The notes under the pieces are model-generated. The model was not told the origin of the DNA and ran no database searches. It was given only the letters and a program-made list of their open reading frames with translations. From NCBI GenBank assembly GCA_963665845.2, contig OY762492.1, forward strand, positions 832,001 through 896,000: a stretch of 64,000 bases of DNA, given 5' to 3'. The position numbers and the translations under genes were made by a program. Positions 39,184-49,455 of the stretch are shown here, piece after piece (the first letter of the stretch is position 1; each line of letters opens with the position of its first letter). The stretch comes from Candidatus Poribacteria bacterium. Its GTDB lineage: Bacteria > Poribacteria > WGA-4E > GCA-2687025.

Positions 39184-40827
39184 TCAGCGAGTCGATTTTT
39201 CGTCCGTGAGCGGATAGACGACAAGCAAAATCTCTTGGTCGGTTCCGTTCTGTGTGAAGGGGGTCGTTCTACGAGTCCATCCGACGAAGCAGGGGGCGTT
39301 TTTGGGAATGAGAGCGTTTAGACGGGCTTCTCTCGCCCAGAACGCCAAAGCTCTGGACGGCGCCTCCAAACCGCTCCACAGAGCGCGCATGCTGCGCAGC
39401 GGCTGAAGCTCCCCCTCCCAGCGTTCGCCTGGGGGCAGCGGTCCGATCGGTCGAAGGCGCCCGTCAGCGACGACCGCCGCCCGTTCAAACTGAAGCGGCG
39501 TATGGTTGCGCACCCAGTATCGTTCGCCGCTCCCTTTGCCGCCGGCGATTTCCCCCACAAACGGCGTGAACGCTTCGCCCATCCAGAAGGTTGAATGCGC
39601 GCCGCTGGGCGAATAGTTGCGTATTTCGCCGCCGTTTGGACCTTCGCGCCGTTCGCCGCTTTTTTTTGGGTTTAAAGGAAGAACGCGCATCTCCGCCGGC
39701 AGCGCGATTCGGGAACGGCGCTTGTCGGTCGGCGGCGCCTCTATGACGCCGATCCACAGCGCCTCCTGCGTCTCTGGAAACGCGCGCGCCGCGCCCGACG
39801 CCAGCGGCGTCAGCAGCGGAGAACCGAACCGCGCGACGGACGGCGCCAAACTGACCGCCGCCCCAATCGCCAGTAGAAAAATCAACCACAGACGCGAGCG
39901 AAACCGAAGCGCCATCCCCCAAAAAAGAACGGCGCCAACGACCCAAACGGACGCGCCAAGCGCAAACCGCCTCCCGTTCAACGCGGCGCTGCGGCGGCTG
40001 TCGGACGCATGCATCCGCTCCGACAGCCGCTGTAGGTATTCCTCTCCTTCGTCTAGACGGGGGCTGATTTCAACCTCGCTCCAAAGATGCGGACCTAGCC
40101 CGTCATAACGCCCGACGCTTCCTAAACCGACCTGACGCCATCCCGCGCTTGCGGGAAGCAGATCCTCCCAAAACGCCGGGAGACGCCCGCGCGTTGAATC
40201 GTCCAGGACGACCGCAAGCGTCCCGCCCCGCCAGATCCATCGGCGCAGCGCCGTCTCTTGTTGAGGGCGGAGGCGGTTGAGGGGGACATCTCCAGCGAAC
40301 CAAACCAGCGCGTCCACGCTTTTCCAGCCGACCCAGGATTCTGGGAAGCGGTCCGCCGCGCCCGTTTCAAACACTTTAGCGGCTTGGCCGTCCATTTGAA
40401 ACGCCGCATGAAACGCGCCGCGCCGCGCCGCAACCGCCAAGACGACAACGTCGATCTCGTTCGCGTTCGGTTGAAATTCCAGGGGGAAGACGCGCTCGTT
40501 TCCGTCGCCGTTGATGAGCGTCAGCGAGCCGCCTGCGCCGACGGCGGAAACGCGGGCTGCCGATTCCCATACCAGAGATCCGCCCGCCGGTATGAACATC
40601 GCGCGCGCCGCGCTCATTCCGCCGAGAGAGACGCGCGCCTCCCCCTCAAACGGCTCCCCAAACGAAGAGACGATCAGCTCAAAACGGTTCCATTCGCCCG
40701 CGCGGACAATCCCGCCGACGCCGATCTCATAGCTCTCTAGGCGCGTTTCGGCGTTCAGGCTCAAGGCGGCGCATGCCATGACAACATAAAGCGGAAGCGC
40801 AAGGCGGCGCGCCCTGTTCACCCCCAT
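39184..40827 (-). CDS. Hypothetical membrane protein
   Basis: Signal peptide, W..VDALVW..LRRW..GGTL domain, two TM helices, C-terminal beta domain; overlaps the upstream sulfatase-like gene. Confidence 0.75.
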   Translation of the reverse strand: MGVNRARRLALPLYVVMACAALSLNAETRLESYEIGVGGIVRAGEWNRFELIVSSFGEPFEGEARVSLGGMSAARAMFIPAGGSLVWESAARVSAVGAGGSLTLINGDGNERVFPLEFQPNANEIDVVVLAVAARRGAFHAAFQMDGQAAKVFETGAADRFPESWVGWKSVDALVWFAGDVPLNRLRPQQETALRRWIWRGGTLAVVLDDSTRGRLPAFWEDLLPASAGWRQVGLGSVGRYDGLGPHLWSEVEISPRLDEGEEYLQRLSERMHASDSRRSAALNGRRFALGASVWVVGAVLFWGMALRFRSRLWLIFLLAIGAAVSLAPSVARFGSPLLTPLASGAARAFPETQEALWIGVIEAPPTDKRRSRIALPAEMRVLPLNPKKSGERREGPNGGEIRNYSPSGAHSTFWMGEAFTPFVGEIAGGKGSGERYWVRNHTPLQFERAAVVADGRLRPIGPLPPGERWEGELQPLRSMRALWSGLEAPSRALAFWAREARLNALIPKNAPCFVGWTRRTTPFTQNGTDQEILLVVYPLTDEKSTR

Positions 40828-42140
40828 CGATCAGCGAATTTTTGGCGCCCCTGCTCTATGACAGGGTCCATCTTTCGGCCGAGGCGCGCCGTCTCGGATG
40901 CGATCCACTCCTCCAGCTCCGCCTCCATCGCGTCGGCGCGGTCGGGCTGCTCATCGGCGATGTTGCGCGTCTCCTTTGGATCATGAACGCGGTCGTACAG
41001 TTCGCGCGGCGGGGAGCCGTAAAAGTCGATGGAGCGCGCCAAGATGAGGCGGGCGTCCGGCTTTCGGAGCGTCCATTTTGCCTGCCAGGTGCATTCTGAA
41101 GCGATGACGCGCTCCGGCTCCTCATACGGCGGCAACTGCGTCAAGGACGGGTCAATGGTCGAAAGCAAACTTTGACCGTCCATGGCGGGATGCGGCTTGA
41201 CGCCGACCGCGTCTAAGATTGTCGGCGCGGCGTCTATCGTTTGAACGGCGGAATCGATTCTCACTCCCGACGGAAGACGCCCCGGCGCCCGCAGGATAAA
41301 CGGAACGCGCATGTTTTCATCAAACAAGCCATGATGGTCGTACCAGATTCCATGTTCGCCGAGGCATTCGCCATGGTCGCCCATCAACACGACCAGCGTG
41401 TTCTCCGCTTGACCTGAAGCGTCTAAGGCGGAGAGAAGCGCGTTGACTCCGTCGTCGGCGTAGCGGACGCTGCCGTCGTAGAGCGCGCGGATATATTCTG
41501 GGTCGGCGATGCGCCCCTCCGGAAGTTTTAGCCATGTGTCCCGCCACCGCTGCCCCAGCGGATGTTTCCACAACGGCTCCAGCGCCTCGTTGCGCGGGTC
41601 GGTCGCCGTCGCTTCGTCGCCTTCATAAAACATCGTTCGGTACCGCTTCGGCGGAAAATAGGGCGTGTGCGGATCCCAGTAATGCACAAAAAGGAAAAAA
41701 CGCTCCGAACTGCATTGATTCAAAAACTCCACGGCGCGGCGGTTCTGCTGCTCGCAGGTAACGGACAGGCGAAGCGGACGGCGGAGCGACGGGTCGATGT
41801 AAAACTCGTACCCTTTATGGAACCATGGCTTTGAATGGGCGAGGTTGTCGACGGCGCATGTCGTCCATCCCGCCTTTAAAAGAAGCTCCGGCATGAGCGG
41901 AACGCCGCGCGGCAAGACGGCTGACCCGCCGTTCGCCACAATCCCATGCGACATCGGATGCATGCCTGTGTAAATCGTGGTGAAGGAGGGCTGCGTCGGT
42001 ATGGCTGAACAGATCATCTGCTCAAACAGGACGCCCTCCGCCGCCAGCTCATCCATGGCGGGGGTGGTGCGCCGTTCATACCCGTAGCAGCTCATCTGTT
42101 GAGCGCGCAGCGTGTCGATGGCGATCATCAATATGTTCAT
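40818..42140 (-). CDS. Sulfatase-like hydrolase/transferase with a non-canonical TxPSF signature
   Basis: NILMIAIDTLRA, PTQPSFTTIYTG, HYWDPHTPY, GDHGE. Confidence 0.9.
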   Translation of the reverse strand: MNILMIAIDTLRAQQMSCYGYERRTTPAMDELAAEGVLFEQMICSAIPTQPSFTTIYTGMHPMSHGIVANGGSAVLPRGVPLMPELLLKAGWTTCAVDNLAHSKPWFHKGYEFYIDPSLRRPLRLSVTCEQQNRRAVEFLNQCSSERFFLFVHYWDPHTPYFPPKRYRTMFYEGDEATATDPRNEALEPLWKHPLGQRWRDTWLKLPEGRIADPEYIRALYDGSVRYADDGVNALLSALDASGQAENTLVVLMGDHGECLGEHGIWYDHHGLFDENMRVPFILRAPGRLPSGVRIDSAVQTIDAAPTILDAVGVKPHPAMDGQSLLSTIDPSLTQLPPYEEPERVIASECTWQAKWTLRKPDARLILARSIDFYGSPPRELYDRVHDPKETRNIADEQPDRADAMEAELEEWIASETARLGRKMDPVIEQGRQKFADRWG

Positions 42141-42150
42141 GACGTTTCCT

Positions 42151-43377
42151 TTATGAATCGCCGGACAGCCCGTATTGCTGATGCAGGGCGCGCGCCGCGT
42201 CGTCGGCTCGATCCAGCTCAATGACGCAGGAGACCTTGATCTCGGAAGTGGCGATCATCTGTATGTTGATGCCTTGATTCGCCAGCGCTTCGAACATCTG
42301 CGCGGCGACGCCGGAATGGCTCTGCATGCCGATGCCAACAATCGACACCTTGGCGATGTTCTCGTCTGACAGCGCCTCTTCCGCCCCGATCTCTTGGCAG
42401 ATGTCCGCGATGGCGGCCGTCGTCTTATGCAGGTCGGTTCGCGGCACGGTGAAGGAGATGTCGGAACGCCCGTCTCGGCTCACATTTTGAATGATCATGT
42501 CGATCACGATGCCCGCCTTGCCGAGTATGCCGAAGATGGCCGCGGCGACTCCCGGCTCGTCCGGAACGCCGATGAGCGAGATCTTCGCCTGATTCTTGTC
42601 CGCGGCGACGCCGCTCACCACAAACTGCTCCATGTCTAACGCTTGCGTGTCGTTCACCACCAATGTTCCCTCGTCTTGTTTGAACGTTGACCGGACGCGC
42701 AGGGGCGTCTGGTATTTCCATGCCAGTTCGACCGCTCTTGAGTGCAGCACCTTTGCGCCGAGGCTTGCCAGTTCGACCATCTCTTCGTAGGAGATCGCTG
42801 GGAGCCGCCGGGCGTCCGGGACGACGCGCGGGTCTGCCGTATAAACGCCGTCCACGTCGGTGAAGATGTCGCACACCTCGGCGCCCAGAGCGGCGGCCAC
42901 CGCGACAGCCGTTGTGTCAGAACCGCCCCGACCCAGCGTTGTGATCTGTCCGTCGATGGAGGCGCCTTGAAAACCCGCGACGATGACCGCGTTGCCCTTC
43001 TCCAGCTCGGCGCGAATGCGATCCTCTTTGACCGCCTTGATCCGAGAGCGGCTGAAGGAGCCGTCTGTCAAAATGCCGACCTGCGGGCCGGTGAACGAAA
43101 CGGCGCCATGCCCCATCGACTGTATCGCCATCGCCAACAGCGCGATCGACTGCTGTTCGCCTGTCGCCAGCAGCATGTCCATCTCCCTGTCGGGCGGGTT
43201 GTCGACCACCTGTTTTGCCAGCGCGATCAGGTTGTCGGTCGTTTTTCCCATCGCGGAAACGATCGCTACCATGTCGTTGCCCGCCGCTTTGGTGTCGATA
43301 ATTCGGCGGGCGACGGCGCGTATTTTTTCTACATCGGCGACCGAGGAGCCGCCGTATTTTTGAACAATCAGTCCCAT
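42151..43377 (-). CDS. lysC: Aspartate kinase
   Basis: VQKYGGSSV, TTLGRGGSDTTA, DVDGVYTADPR, two ACT domains. Confidence 0.97.
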   Translation of the reverse strand: MGLIVQKYGGSSVADVEKIRAVARRIIDTKAAGNDMVAIVSAMGKTTDNLIALAKQVVDNPPDREMDMLLATGEQQSIALLAMAIQSMGHGAVSFTGPQVGILTDGSFSRSRIKAVKEDRIRAELEKGNAVIVAGFQGASIDGQITTLGRGGSDTTAVAVAAALGAEVCDIFTDVDGVYTADPRVVPDARRLPAISYEEMVELASLGAKVLHSRAVELAWKYQTPLRVRSTFKQDEGTLVVNDTQALDMEQFVVSGVAADKNQAKISLIGVPDEPGVAAAIFGILGKAGIVIDMIIQNVSRDGRSDISFTVPRTDLHKTTAAIADICQEIGAEEALSDENIAKVSIVGIGMQSHSGVAAQMFEALANQGINIQMIATSEIKVSCVIELDRADDAARALHQQYGLSGDS

Positions 43378-43384
43378 AGATAGA

Positions 43385-43972
43385 TCATGCTCCGCTTTCG
43401 TTGACGGTCATTTGAAGAAAATGCTGATGGATGCGTCGGTCGCTTGTCAATTCAGGATGAAAGGAGCTGGCGAGCAGGTTTCCCTCCTGGACAAGTACGG
43501 CGCGCCCGTCCAGTTCCGCCAAACGCCGCACATGCGGCTCCGCCGCCTCAATAACGGGCGCGCGGATAAAGACGCCGGGGAACGGCTCTCCGCCGAGGCT
43601 CGGCATCTCGATGGGCGATTCAAAGCTGTCCACCTGTCTGCCGTAGGCGTTGCGCCGTACGCGGATGTTCATCAGCCCAAGACGCGGCTGTTCGCTGTCG
43701 GCGATCTGTTTCGCCATGAGAATCATGCCAGCGCATGCGCCGTAAATCGGCATGCCTTCGGCGGCGCGTTTTTGTACCGCCTCGATCAAGCCGAACTTGT
43801 TCATGAGAATGCCGATGGTTGTGCTTTCGCCGCCGGGGAGGATGAGTCCGTCCAGCCGCTCCGTTTCTTCAGGGGTACGGACTCGCTCCGCGCGGGCGCC
43901 GCATTCGGTCAGCGCCTTCATATGCGGCTCCACCGCCCCCTGCATGCTCATGACTCCGATTCTCAACGCCAT
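43385..43972 (-). CDS. pdxT: PLP synthase glutaminase subunit
   Basis: LPGGESTT, GACAGMI, RNAYGRQVDSF, FHPE. Confidence 0.97.
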   Translation of the reverse strand: MALRIGVMSMQGAVEPHMKALTECGARAERVRTPEETERLDGLILPGGESTTIGILMNKFGLIEAVQKRAAEGMPIYGACAGMILMAKQIADSEQPRLGLMNIRVRRNAYGRQVDSFESPIEMPSLGGEPFPGVFIRAPVIEAAEPHVRRLAELDGRAVLVQEGNLLASSFHPELTSDRRIHQHFLQMTVNESGA

Positions 43973-43984
43973 CTTGAAACGCCC

Positions 43985-44869
43985 TTACCAGCCCCGAACG
44001 GCGAGCCTTTCTTCCTGGGGCATGGAACGCACATCCAGCCCCTTCATCGGTTCGCCTAAGCCTTCCGATATTTCCGCCAGCTTTTCGGGATCGTTGTAGA
44101 AGGTTACCGCCTCCACGATCTTATGGGCGCGCGTTTCCGGGTCGTCCGATTTGAAAATGCCGGATCCGACAAAGACCGCCTCGGCGCCCAGCTGCATCAT
44201 GAGCGCGGCGTCCGCCGGCGTCGCCACGCCGCCCGCCGAGAAGTTGGGGACGGGCAGCTTGCCCGTTTCCGCCGCCTGCTCAACCAGCTCAAACGGCGCG
44301 CCGAGCTGTTTCGCTTCCGCCATCAGCTCGTCTTTGCGCATGCCTTTCAGCTTGCGCAGCCCGCCTGTCACGGCGCGCATATGCCGCACCGCCTCAACAA
44401 TATCGCCGGAGCCTGCCTCGCCCTTGGTGCGTATCATGGCGGCGCCTTCGCCGATGCGCCGCAGCGCTTCTCCCAGGTCTCTACAGCCGCACACAAACGG
44501 CGCGTCAAACTCGCGCTTGTCGATATGATGCGCCTCGTCCGCCGGCGTCAACACCTCGCTTTCGTCGATGAAATCGACGTCGAGCGCCTGCAGAATTTGC
44601 GCCTCCACAAAATGCCCGATGCGGCATTTCGCCATGACCGGTATCGTCACAGCCGCCATGATTCGTTTGACGCGCGCCGGGTCGGACATCCGCGCGACGC
44701 CGCCGTCGCGCCGTATATCCGCCGGGACGCGCTCCAGCGCCATCACGGCGGCGGCTCCCGCTTCCGCGGCGATTTTTGCCTGATCCTCGTTGACGACATC
44801 CATGATGACGCCGTTTTTCAACATCTCCGCAAGACCGACCTTCGTTTCCCAAGTCGATTTTTCCGCCAT
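43985..44869 (-). CDS. pdxS: PLP synthase lyase subunit
   Basis: [40 protein letters not shown]. Confidence 0.98.
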   Translation of the reverse strand: MAEKSTWETKVGLAEMLKNGVIMDVVNEDQAKIAAEAGAAAVMALERVPADIRRDGGVARMSDPARVKRIMAAVTIPVMAKCRIGHFVEAQILQALDVDFIDESEVLTPADEAHHIDKREFDAPFVCGCRDLGEALRRIGEGAAMIRTKGEAGSGDIVEAVRHMRAVTGGLRKLKGMRKDELMAEAKQLGAPFELVEQAAETGKLPVPNFSAGGVATPADAALMMQLGAEAVFVGSGIFKSDDPETRAHKIVEAVTFYNDPEKLAEISEGLGEPMKGLDVRSMPQEERLAVRGW

Positions 44870-46099
44870 CTATCTGTCCTTTCCTGCGCTAGACGCGCCT
44901 AAAAACCAGTCCATCCATTCATGACCCACGGCAAACCGCCGTCCCTCCGCTCCCGCCGCTTCCGTATAAACCTCCGTTGCGTCCGCCTCAATGCCTTGCC
45001 CGCATGCCGCAAACGGAACGGCGCCGCGCGCATGCTTTCGCGTCGAAACCGCCGTAACATGATCGGGCAGCGCGGCGGCGCGGACATTGCCGCGCGCGCG
45101 GGCGTATTCCATGACGCGCGACGCGATCTCGCGGTCAATCGCCTCTATCGCCTCGATCTTCGCTTCGGCGCTGCCCATATGCGCCGCCTCGTCCGGCGCC
45201 TCAACATGAATATACACGAAATCGACCGAATCGTCCCCATCTAAAGACGCGAGCGCGTACTCCGCCTTCCCCGCGTAATTCGTGTCTAAAAACCCTGTGA
45301 TGCCCGGCACTTTCAACACTTCAAGCCCCGCATACCGCGCAATGCCGCGCACCAGATCCACCGCGGAGACAGCGGCGCCGTTCAACCCGTATTTTTCGGG
45401 ATAGGTCGGCATCGCCGGCGCCTTGCCCTGACCCCATAGCCATATGCTGTTGGCAGGCTCTTTTCCGCTGTCAACGCGCTCCTTGTTGATCGGATGTTCC
45501 TGCAGTATTTCCCAGGACCTTTCAATCCAGCCGCGCAGCGTTTCGGATCCCGCGCCTGACGGGTAATGCTTGCGAAACGGATCGCCCATGATGTCATGCG
45601 GCGGGGTCGTCTCCGCGGGGTCTAACTTGTCAGACGCGAGGAGAAGGTGGCGGTATTGAACGCCGGGATACAGCGCCGCCTCGCTTCCAAGCGCCTCTTG
45701 AACCGCCGCAATCAGCTCCGCCGCCTCTTCGGAGGAGATATGCCCCGCGCTGTAATCTTTCATCAGGCGGTTCTCTAGCGTCACAAGGTTGCATCGAAAC
45801 GCGGTTTGATCGGAGGGTATCTCGACATTCATCGCCGCCGCTTCCAGAGGCGCCCTGCCGGTCAGATACTGCTCAGGATCGTATCCAAGAACGGCGAGAT
45901 TGCCGACATCGCTCCCAGGCGGAAGGGAGTCGGGGATCAGGTCAACCAGCCCGACCGTTCCGCTTTCGGCGATGGCGTCCATATGCGGCGTCCGCGCGGC
46001 TTCCAGGGGCGTTTTGCCGTCCAGCGATTCCAGCGGATCGTCCGCCATGCCGTCGCACAGGATGACGATATATTTTGTGTCGGGCATCGCTTTTTTCAT
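44870..46099 (-). CDS. apgM: Cofactor-independent phosphoglycerate mutase, archaeal type (proposed homoserine kinase subfamily)
   Basis: DGMAD, KTPLE.A.TP, PGSDV, GRAPLEA, HVEAPDEAAH, DH.T. Confidence 0.88.
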   Translation of the reverse strand: MKKAMPDTKYIVILCDGMADDPLESLDGKTPLEAARTPHMDAIAESGTVGLVDLIPDSLPPGSDVGNLAVLGYDPEQYLTGRAPLEAAAMNVEIPSDQTAFRCNLVTLENRLMKDYSAGHISSEEAAELIAAVQEALGSEAALYPGVQYRHLLLASDKLDPAETTPPHDIMGDPFRKHYPSGAGSETLRGWIERSWEILQEHPINKERVDSGKEPANSIWLWGQGKAPAMPTYPEKYGLNGAAVSAVDLVRGIARYAGLEVLKVPGITGFLDTNYAGKAEYALASLDGDDSVDFVYIHVEAPDEAAHMGSAEAKIEAIEAIDREIASRVMEYARARGNVRAAALPDHVTAVSTRKHARGAVPFAACGQGIEADATEVYTEAAGAEGRRFAVGHEWMDWFLGASSAGKDR

Positions 46100-47178
46100 G
46101 TTGAAAAAATCTCCTCGATGACCGCGTCCATTCTTGCGGGAATCACCTTCGGCTTTCTAGATTCCTGAACGGCTCGCTCTGGGTCTTTTAGCCCATGCCC
46201 CGTCAACACGCAGACGACGATTTCGTCTGGGCTGAAGTAGCCGCGCTTGCCGAGCTGGAGAACGCCCGCCACGGAGATGGCCGACGCCGGTTCCACAAAG
46301 ACCCCCTCTTCGCCCGCCAACAATCGGTACGCTTCCAAAATCTGTTTGTCGCTTACTTTGTCGATCAAGCCGCCGGATTCGTCCCTTGCTCTTACGGCGC
46401 GCTTCCAGCTGGCGGGATTTCCGATCTTGATCGCCGAGGCGACCGTTTCAGGCTTATCTACGGGCGCGCCGTCCACAATCGGCGCCGCCTTCGCCGCCTG
46501 AAAACCAAGCATTTTGGGAAGCGAATCGATGACTCCGTCTCCATGGTATTCCCGATAACCTTTCCAATACGCGGTGATATTTCCCGCGTTGCCGACAGGG
46601 AGAGCGTGATAGTCGGGCGCGCGTCCCAGCTGGTCGCAGATCTCAAACGCGCCGGTTTTTTGCCCTTCGATGCGGTGCGGGTTCAACGAATTCACCAGCG
46701 CGATGGGATGCGACTCGGAGACAGCGCGCACCAGCTCCAACGCCCTATCGAAGCCGCCCTCAATGGAAAGCAGCGCCGCCTGATGGATGACCGCCTGGGC
46801 AGTTTTGCCGAAGGCGATCTCTCCCTGCGGGACTAAAACTGCGCAGGCGATCCCGGCGCGCGCCGCATAAGCCGCCGCGGAGGCGGATGTGTTGCCGGTG
46901 GAGGCGCAGATGACCGCCTTCGCCCCGTTCTCTGCCGCCTTTGAAAGCGCGACTGTCATGCCCCTGTCTTTAAAGGAGCTGGTCGGGTTCAACCCCTCCA
47001 TCTTTAAAAAGACGCGCGCTCCGCCGAGGCGCTTCGACAGACTCGGCGCCGGCGTCAACGGCGTCGCGCCCTCTAGGAGCGTCACGACCGGCGTCGTTTC
47101 CGTCACGGGAAGCCGATCGCGGTAATGCTCAATGACGCCCTGCCAGGTCAAATACGGCGATGCCATGGGAACTTTCAT
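46096..47178 (-). CDS. thrC: Threonine synthase
   Basis: EGLNPTSSFKDRG, CASTGNT, PVGNAGN, EPASA, TGHGLKDP. Confidence 0.97.
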   Translation of the reverse strand: MKVPMASPYLTWQGVIEHYRDRLPVTETTPVVTLLEGATPLTPAPSLSKRLGGARVFLKMEGLNPTSSFKDRGMTVALSKAAENGAKAVICASTGNTSASAAAYAARAGIACAVLVPQGEIAFGKTAQAVIHQAALLSIEGGFDRALELVRAVSESHPIALVNSLNPHRIEGQKTGAFEICDQLGRAPDYHALPVGNAGNITAYWKGYREYHGDGVIDSLPKMLGFQAAKAAPIVDGAPVDKPETVASAIKIGNPASWKRAVRARDESGGLIDKVSDKQILEAYRLLAGEEGVFVEPASAISVAGVLQLGKRGYFSPDEIVVCVLTGHGLKDPERAVQESRKPKVIPARMDAVIEEIFST

Positions 47179-47188
47179 AAAACGACTC

Positions 47189-48517
47189 TTACAACTCCGT
47201 CTCAACGCGAATCGAGACCGCCGGCTGCCGTACGCACGGCAGATCGTTGATCTCATGAAGAGCCGCGCGAATGCCGCTCTCCGCCGCCAGATGCGTCAGC
47301 AGTATCAGCGGAACGGTACCCTCGCTCGTCGGGGTCGGCTCTTTCTGCGACACAGCGGCGATGCTGACGCCATGCCTGCCCAGCGCGGCGGCGATCTCGG
47401 CGAGAACGCCTGGGCGGTCCTCCGCTTCAAGTCGGATATACCGGCGCGAGCATGCCGATTTCAGCGCTTTTTGCGCCTCCGTTTTGGAGTCGGCTGAGGG
47501 AGGAACATCGCCGCGCCAGCAGAGCGGAATCTCCGCCGGCGCGTTCGCCGCAAGGTCGCGCGCCGCGTCCAGCAGATCCGCCACGACCGCGCTCGCCGTC
47601 GGAAGTTTCCCCGCGCCTTGACCCAAAAACAGCGCCGGACCGACCGCGTCCCCCACCACGGCGACCGCGTTGTAGGCGTCCTGAACGTTCGCCAGCACGC
47701 TTGTTTCGGGGATCATGGTCGGATGCGCCTGAACGCTCACGCTGTCGTCCAACCGGCGCGAAATGCCCAGCAGTTTGACGACATAACCCATCTCTTTGGC
47801 GCATTCCAGGTCTTGAGGTTGAATGCCCCGTATGCCTTCAAATTGAACATGCTGCGCGTCGACTCGATACCCGTACGCAAGCGAGGAGAGGATGGCGATC
47901 TTATGCGCCGTGTCATGCCCGTCCACGTCGAAGGTCGGGTCCGCTTCGGCGTAGCCCAGCTCCTGCGCCTTTTGGAGAGCCGTTTCATACGGCTGCCCGT
48001 TGTTGGACATCTGCGTCAAGATGTAGTTGCAGGTGCCGTTTAAAATGCCGTAGACGCTTTCGATGCGGTTTGCCGCCAGACTTTCTCGGAGCGCCTTGAT
48101 GATCGGAATGCCGCCGGCGACGCTCGCTTCAAAGTAGATGCCGACTCCGCTTTGCTGCGCGGCGTCAAACAGCTCCTGCCCTTTCAGCGCGATGATCGCT
48201 TTGTTGGCGGTGACGAGACGCTTGCCCTGCTGAAGCGCCGTGAGAGCGTACGCTTTCGCCTCGTCCACGCCGCCCATGACCTCCACGACGATGTCGATGT
48301 CGCTGCGGCGCGAGAGAGCCAGCGCGTCGTCTGTGAGCAGATGAGAGGGTACCTCCGACCCGCGCGGTTTAGACAGATCCCGCACGGCGGCGCCCGCCAG
48401 CTCAATGGGGCGCCCTAGCTCATGTTGAAGACGCTTCGCATGCCGGCGCAAAATATGTACGACGCCGGCGCCGACAGTGCCAAGCCCAATTAAACCAACC
48501 CGTATCGACCGCTGCAT
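47189..48517 (-). CDS. hom: Homoserine dehydrogenase with ACT domain
   Basis: GLGTVG, VTANK, EASVAGGIP, GILNGT, AEADPT.DV.G.D, DRPGVL. Confidence 0.97.
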   Translation of the reverse strand: MQRSIRVGLIGLGTVGAGVVHILRRHAKRLQHELGRPIELAGAAVRDLSKPRGSEVPSHLLTDDALALSRRSDIDIVVEVMGGVDEAKAYALTALQQGKRLVTANKAIIALKGQELFDAAQQSGVGIYFEASVAGGIPIIKALRESLAANRIESVYGILNGTCNYILTQMSNNGQPYETALQKAQELGYAEADPTFDVDGHDTAHKIAILSSLAYGYRVDAQHVQFEGIRGIQPQDLECAKEMGYVVKLLGISRRLDDSVSVQAHPTMIPETSVLANVQDAYNAVAVVGDAVGPALFLGQGAGKLPTASAVVADLLDAARDLAANAPAEIPLCWRGDVPPSADSKTEAQKALKSACSRRYIRLEAEDRPGVLAEIAAALGRHGVSIAAVSQKEPTPTSEGTVPLILLTHLAAESGIRAALHEINDLPCVRQPAVSIRVETEL

Positions 48518-48542
48518 ATTTTCGCCTCGCCTGAACGCTAAA

Positions 48543-48571
48543 ACTATAGCGCCGATACGAGCCGCCGGCAA
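48543..48571 (-). promoter_or_regulatory. Putative sigma70 promoter of the hom operon
   Basis: TTGCCG-17bp-TATAGT. Confidence 0.65.
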
Positions 48572-48690
48572 TAGCAGCTGTTCGACCTTACGTCTTACCG
48601 CAAGGGCGGACGGTTTTGGGCTGGACTTTAGACTCCCCCTTGAAAAGGGGGGCTGGGGGGGTTTTTAGCCGCGCGGGGCTTTGACGCTTC

Positions 48691-48722
48691 AAAAGAGAGG
48701 GGCTGTCGTTTCAGCCCCTCTT
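48691..48722. terminator. Intrinsic terminator of the 49220 lipoprotein gene
   Basis: AGAGGGGCTG-loop-CAGCCCCTCT with a T-tract on the minus strand. Confidence 0.75.
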
Positions 48723-48734
48723 GTTGGAATGCGT

Positions 48735-49220
48735 TTATTCTTCTTTGGAGATCGTGATCGGAATCATCTCGCTCCATGTGGAGACATCGAACGAGGAGCG
48801 GGAGCCTTCCTCGTCCACGCTGATGACGCGCGAGATGGCGGTCACCACCAGATGCAGCGCCTCCACATTGAGGCTGCCGTCGTCCAGAGAGGACGGCGCC
48901 TTCCAGTCGATCGAGAACGGTCCGTTGACCGAGCCTTGCGTTTCGCCGATTAACTTGCCGCGGCCGGTCATATTCACCCAGCTGAACCGTAGGTCTTCCG
49001 CGCGCACGGCGCCGACCGTTGCCGATATGGTGATTCGGTCGCCTGGCGCCGCCGTTTCTTGACTCACATGGACAGACGCTTTCACCTCAATGTCGCCGCC
49101 GCCTATCGGTTGCGCTGCATCTGTCGTCGGGTCGGTCGGCGTGGACGGGCTGCTGCATCCGAGAGCCAGCATGCCAGCCGCCGCTAGAGCCATAATTCCA
49201 AGCCATGCTTTTTTCATCAT
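48735..49220 (-). CDS. Hypothetical lipoprotein
   Basis: Lipobox LALGC, Ser/Thr/Pro tether, beta-rich domain. Confidence 0.8.
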   Translation of the reverse strand: MMKKAWLGIMALAAAGMLALGCSSPSTPTDPTTDAAQPIGGGDIEVKASVHVSQETAAPGDRITISATVGAVRAEDLRFSWVNMTGRGKLIGETQGSVNGPFSIDWKAPSSLDDGSLNVEALHLVVTAISRVISVDEEGSRSSFDVSTWSEMIPITISKEE

Positions 49221-49455
49221 CCGCTCCTGTTTGCGTATGGATCAAAGAAACTCATGCAGGTAAACGCCGTTTCCACGCCGGATGTTCCATTAATTCGCGC
49301 GGCGCTTTAAACGCGATTCGGGAATGGCGGTCTGGTTCGCGGGGCTTTGCCCGTGCATGCGTCCGATTTAAAAGGCTTCCCAGAGCAAACTGTATTTGCG
49401 ATTCGCCATGAAATGTGTTAGAATAAAGTAAAATGGCAACACACCAGAGGCGGCT

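Noticed and set aside
49280-49365. GGGCAAAGCC on the minus strand resembling a c-di-GMP-I riboswitch
   Set aside because: The GNRA loop, second GCAAA and paired stems are not evident; an Infernal/Rfam scan would settle it
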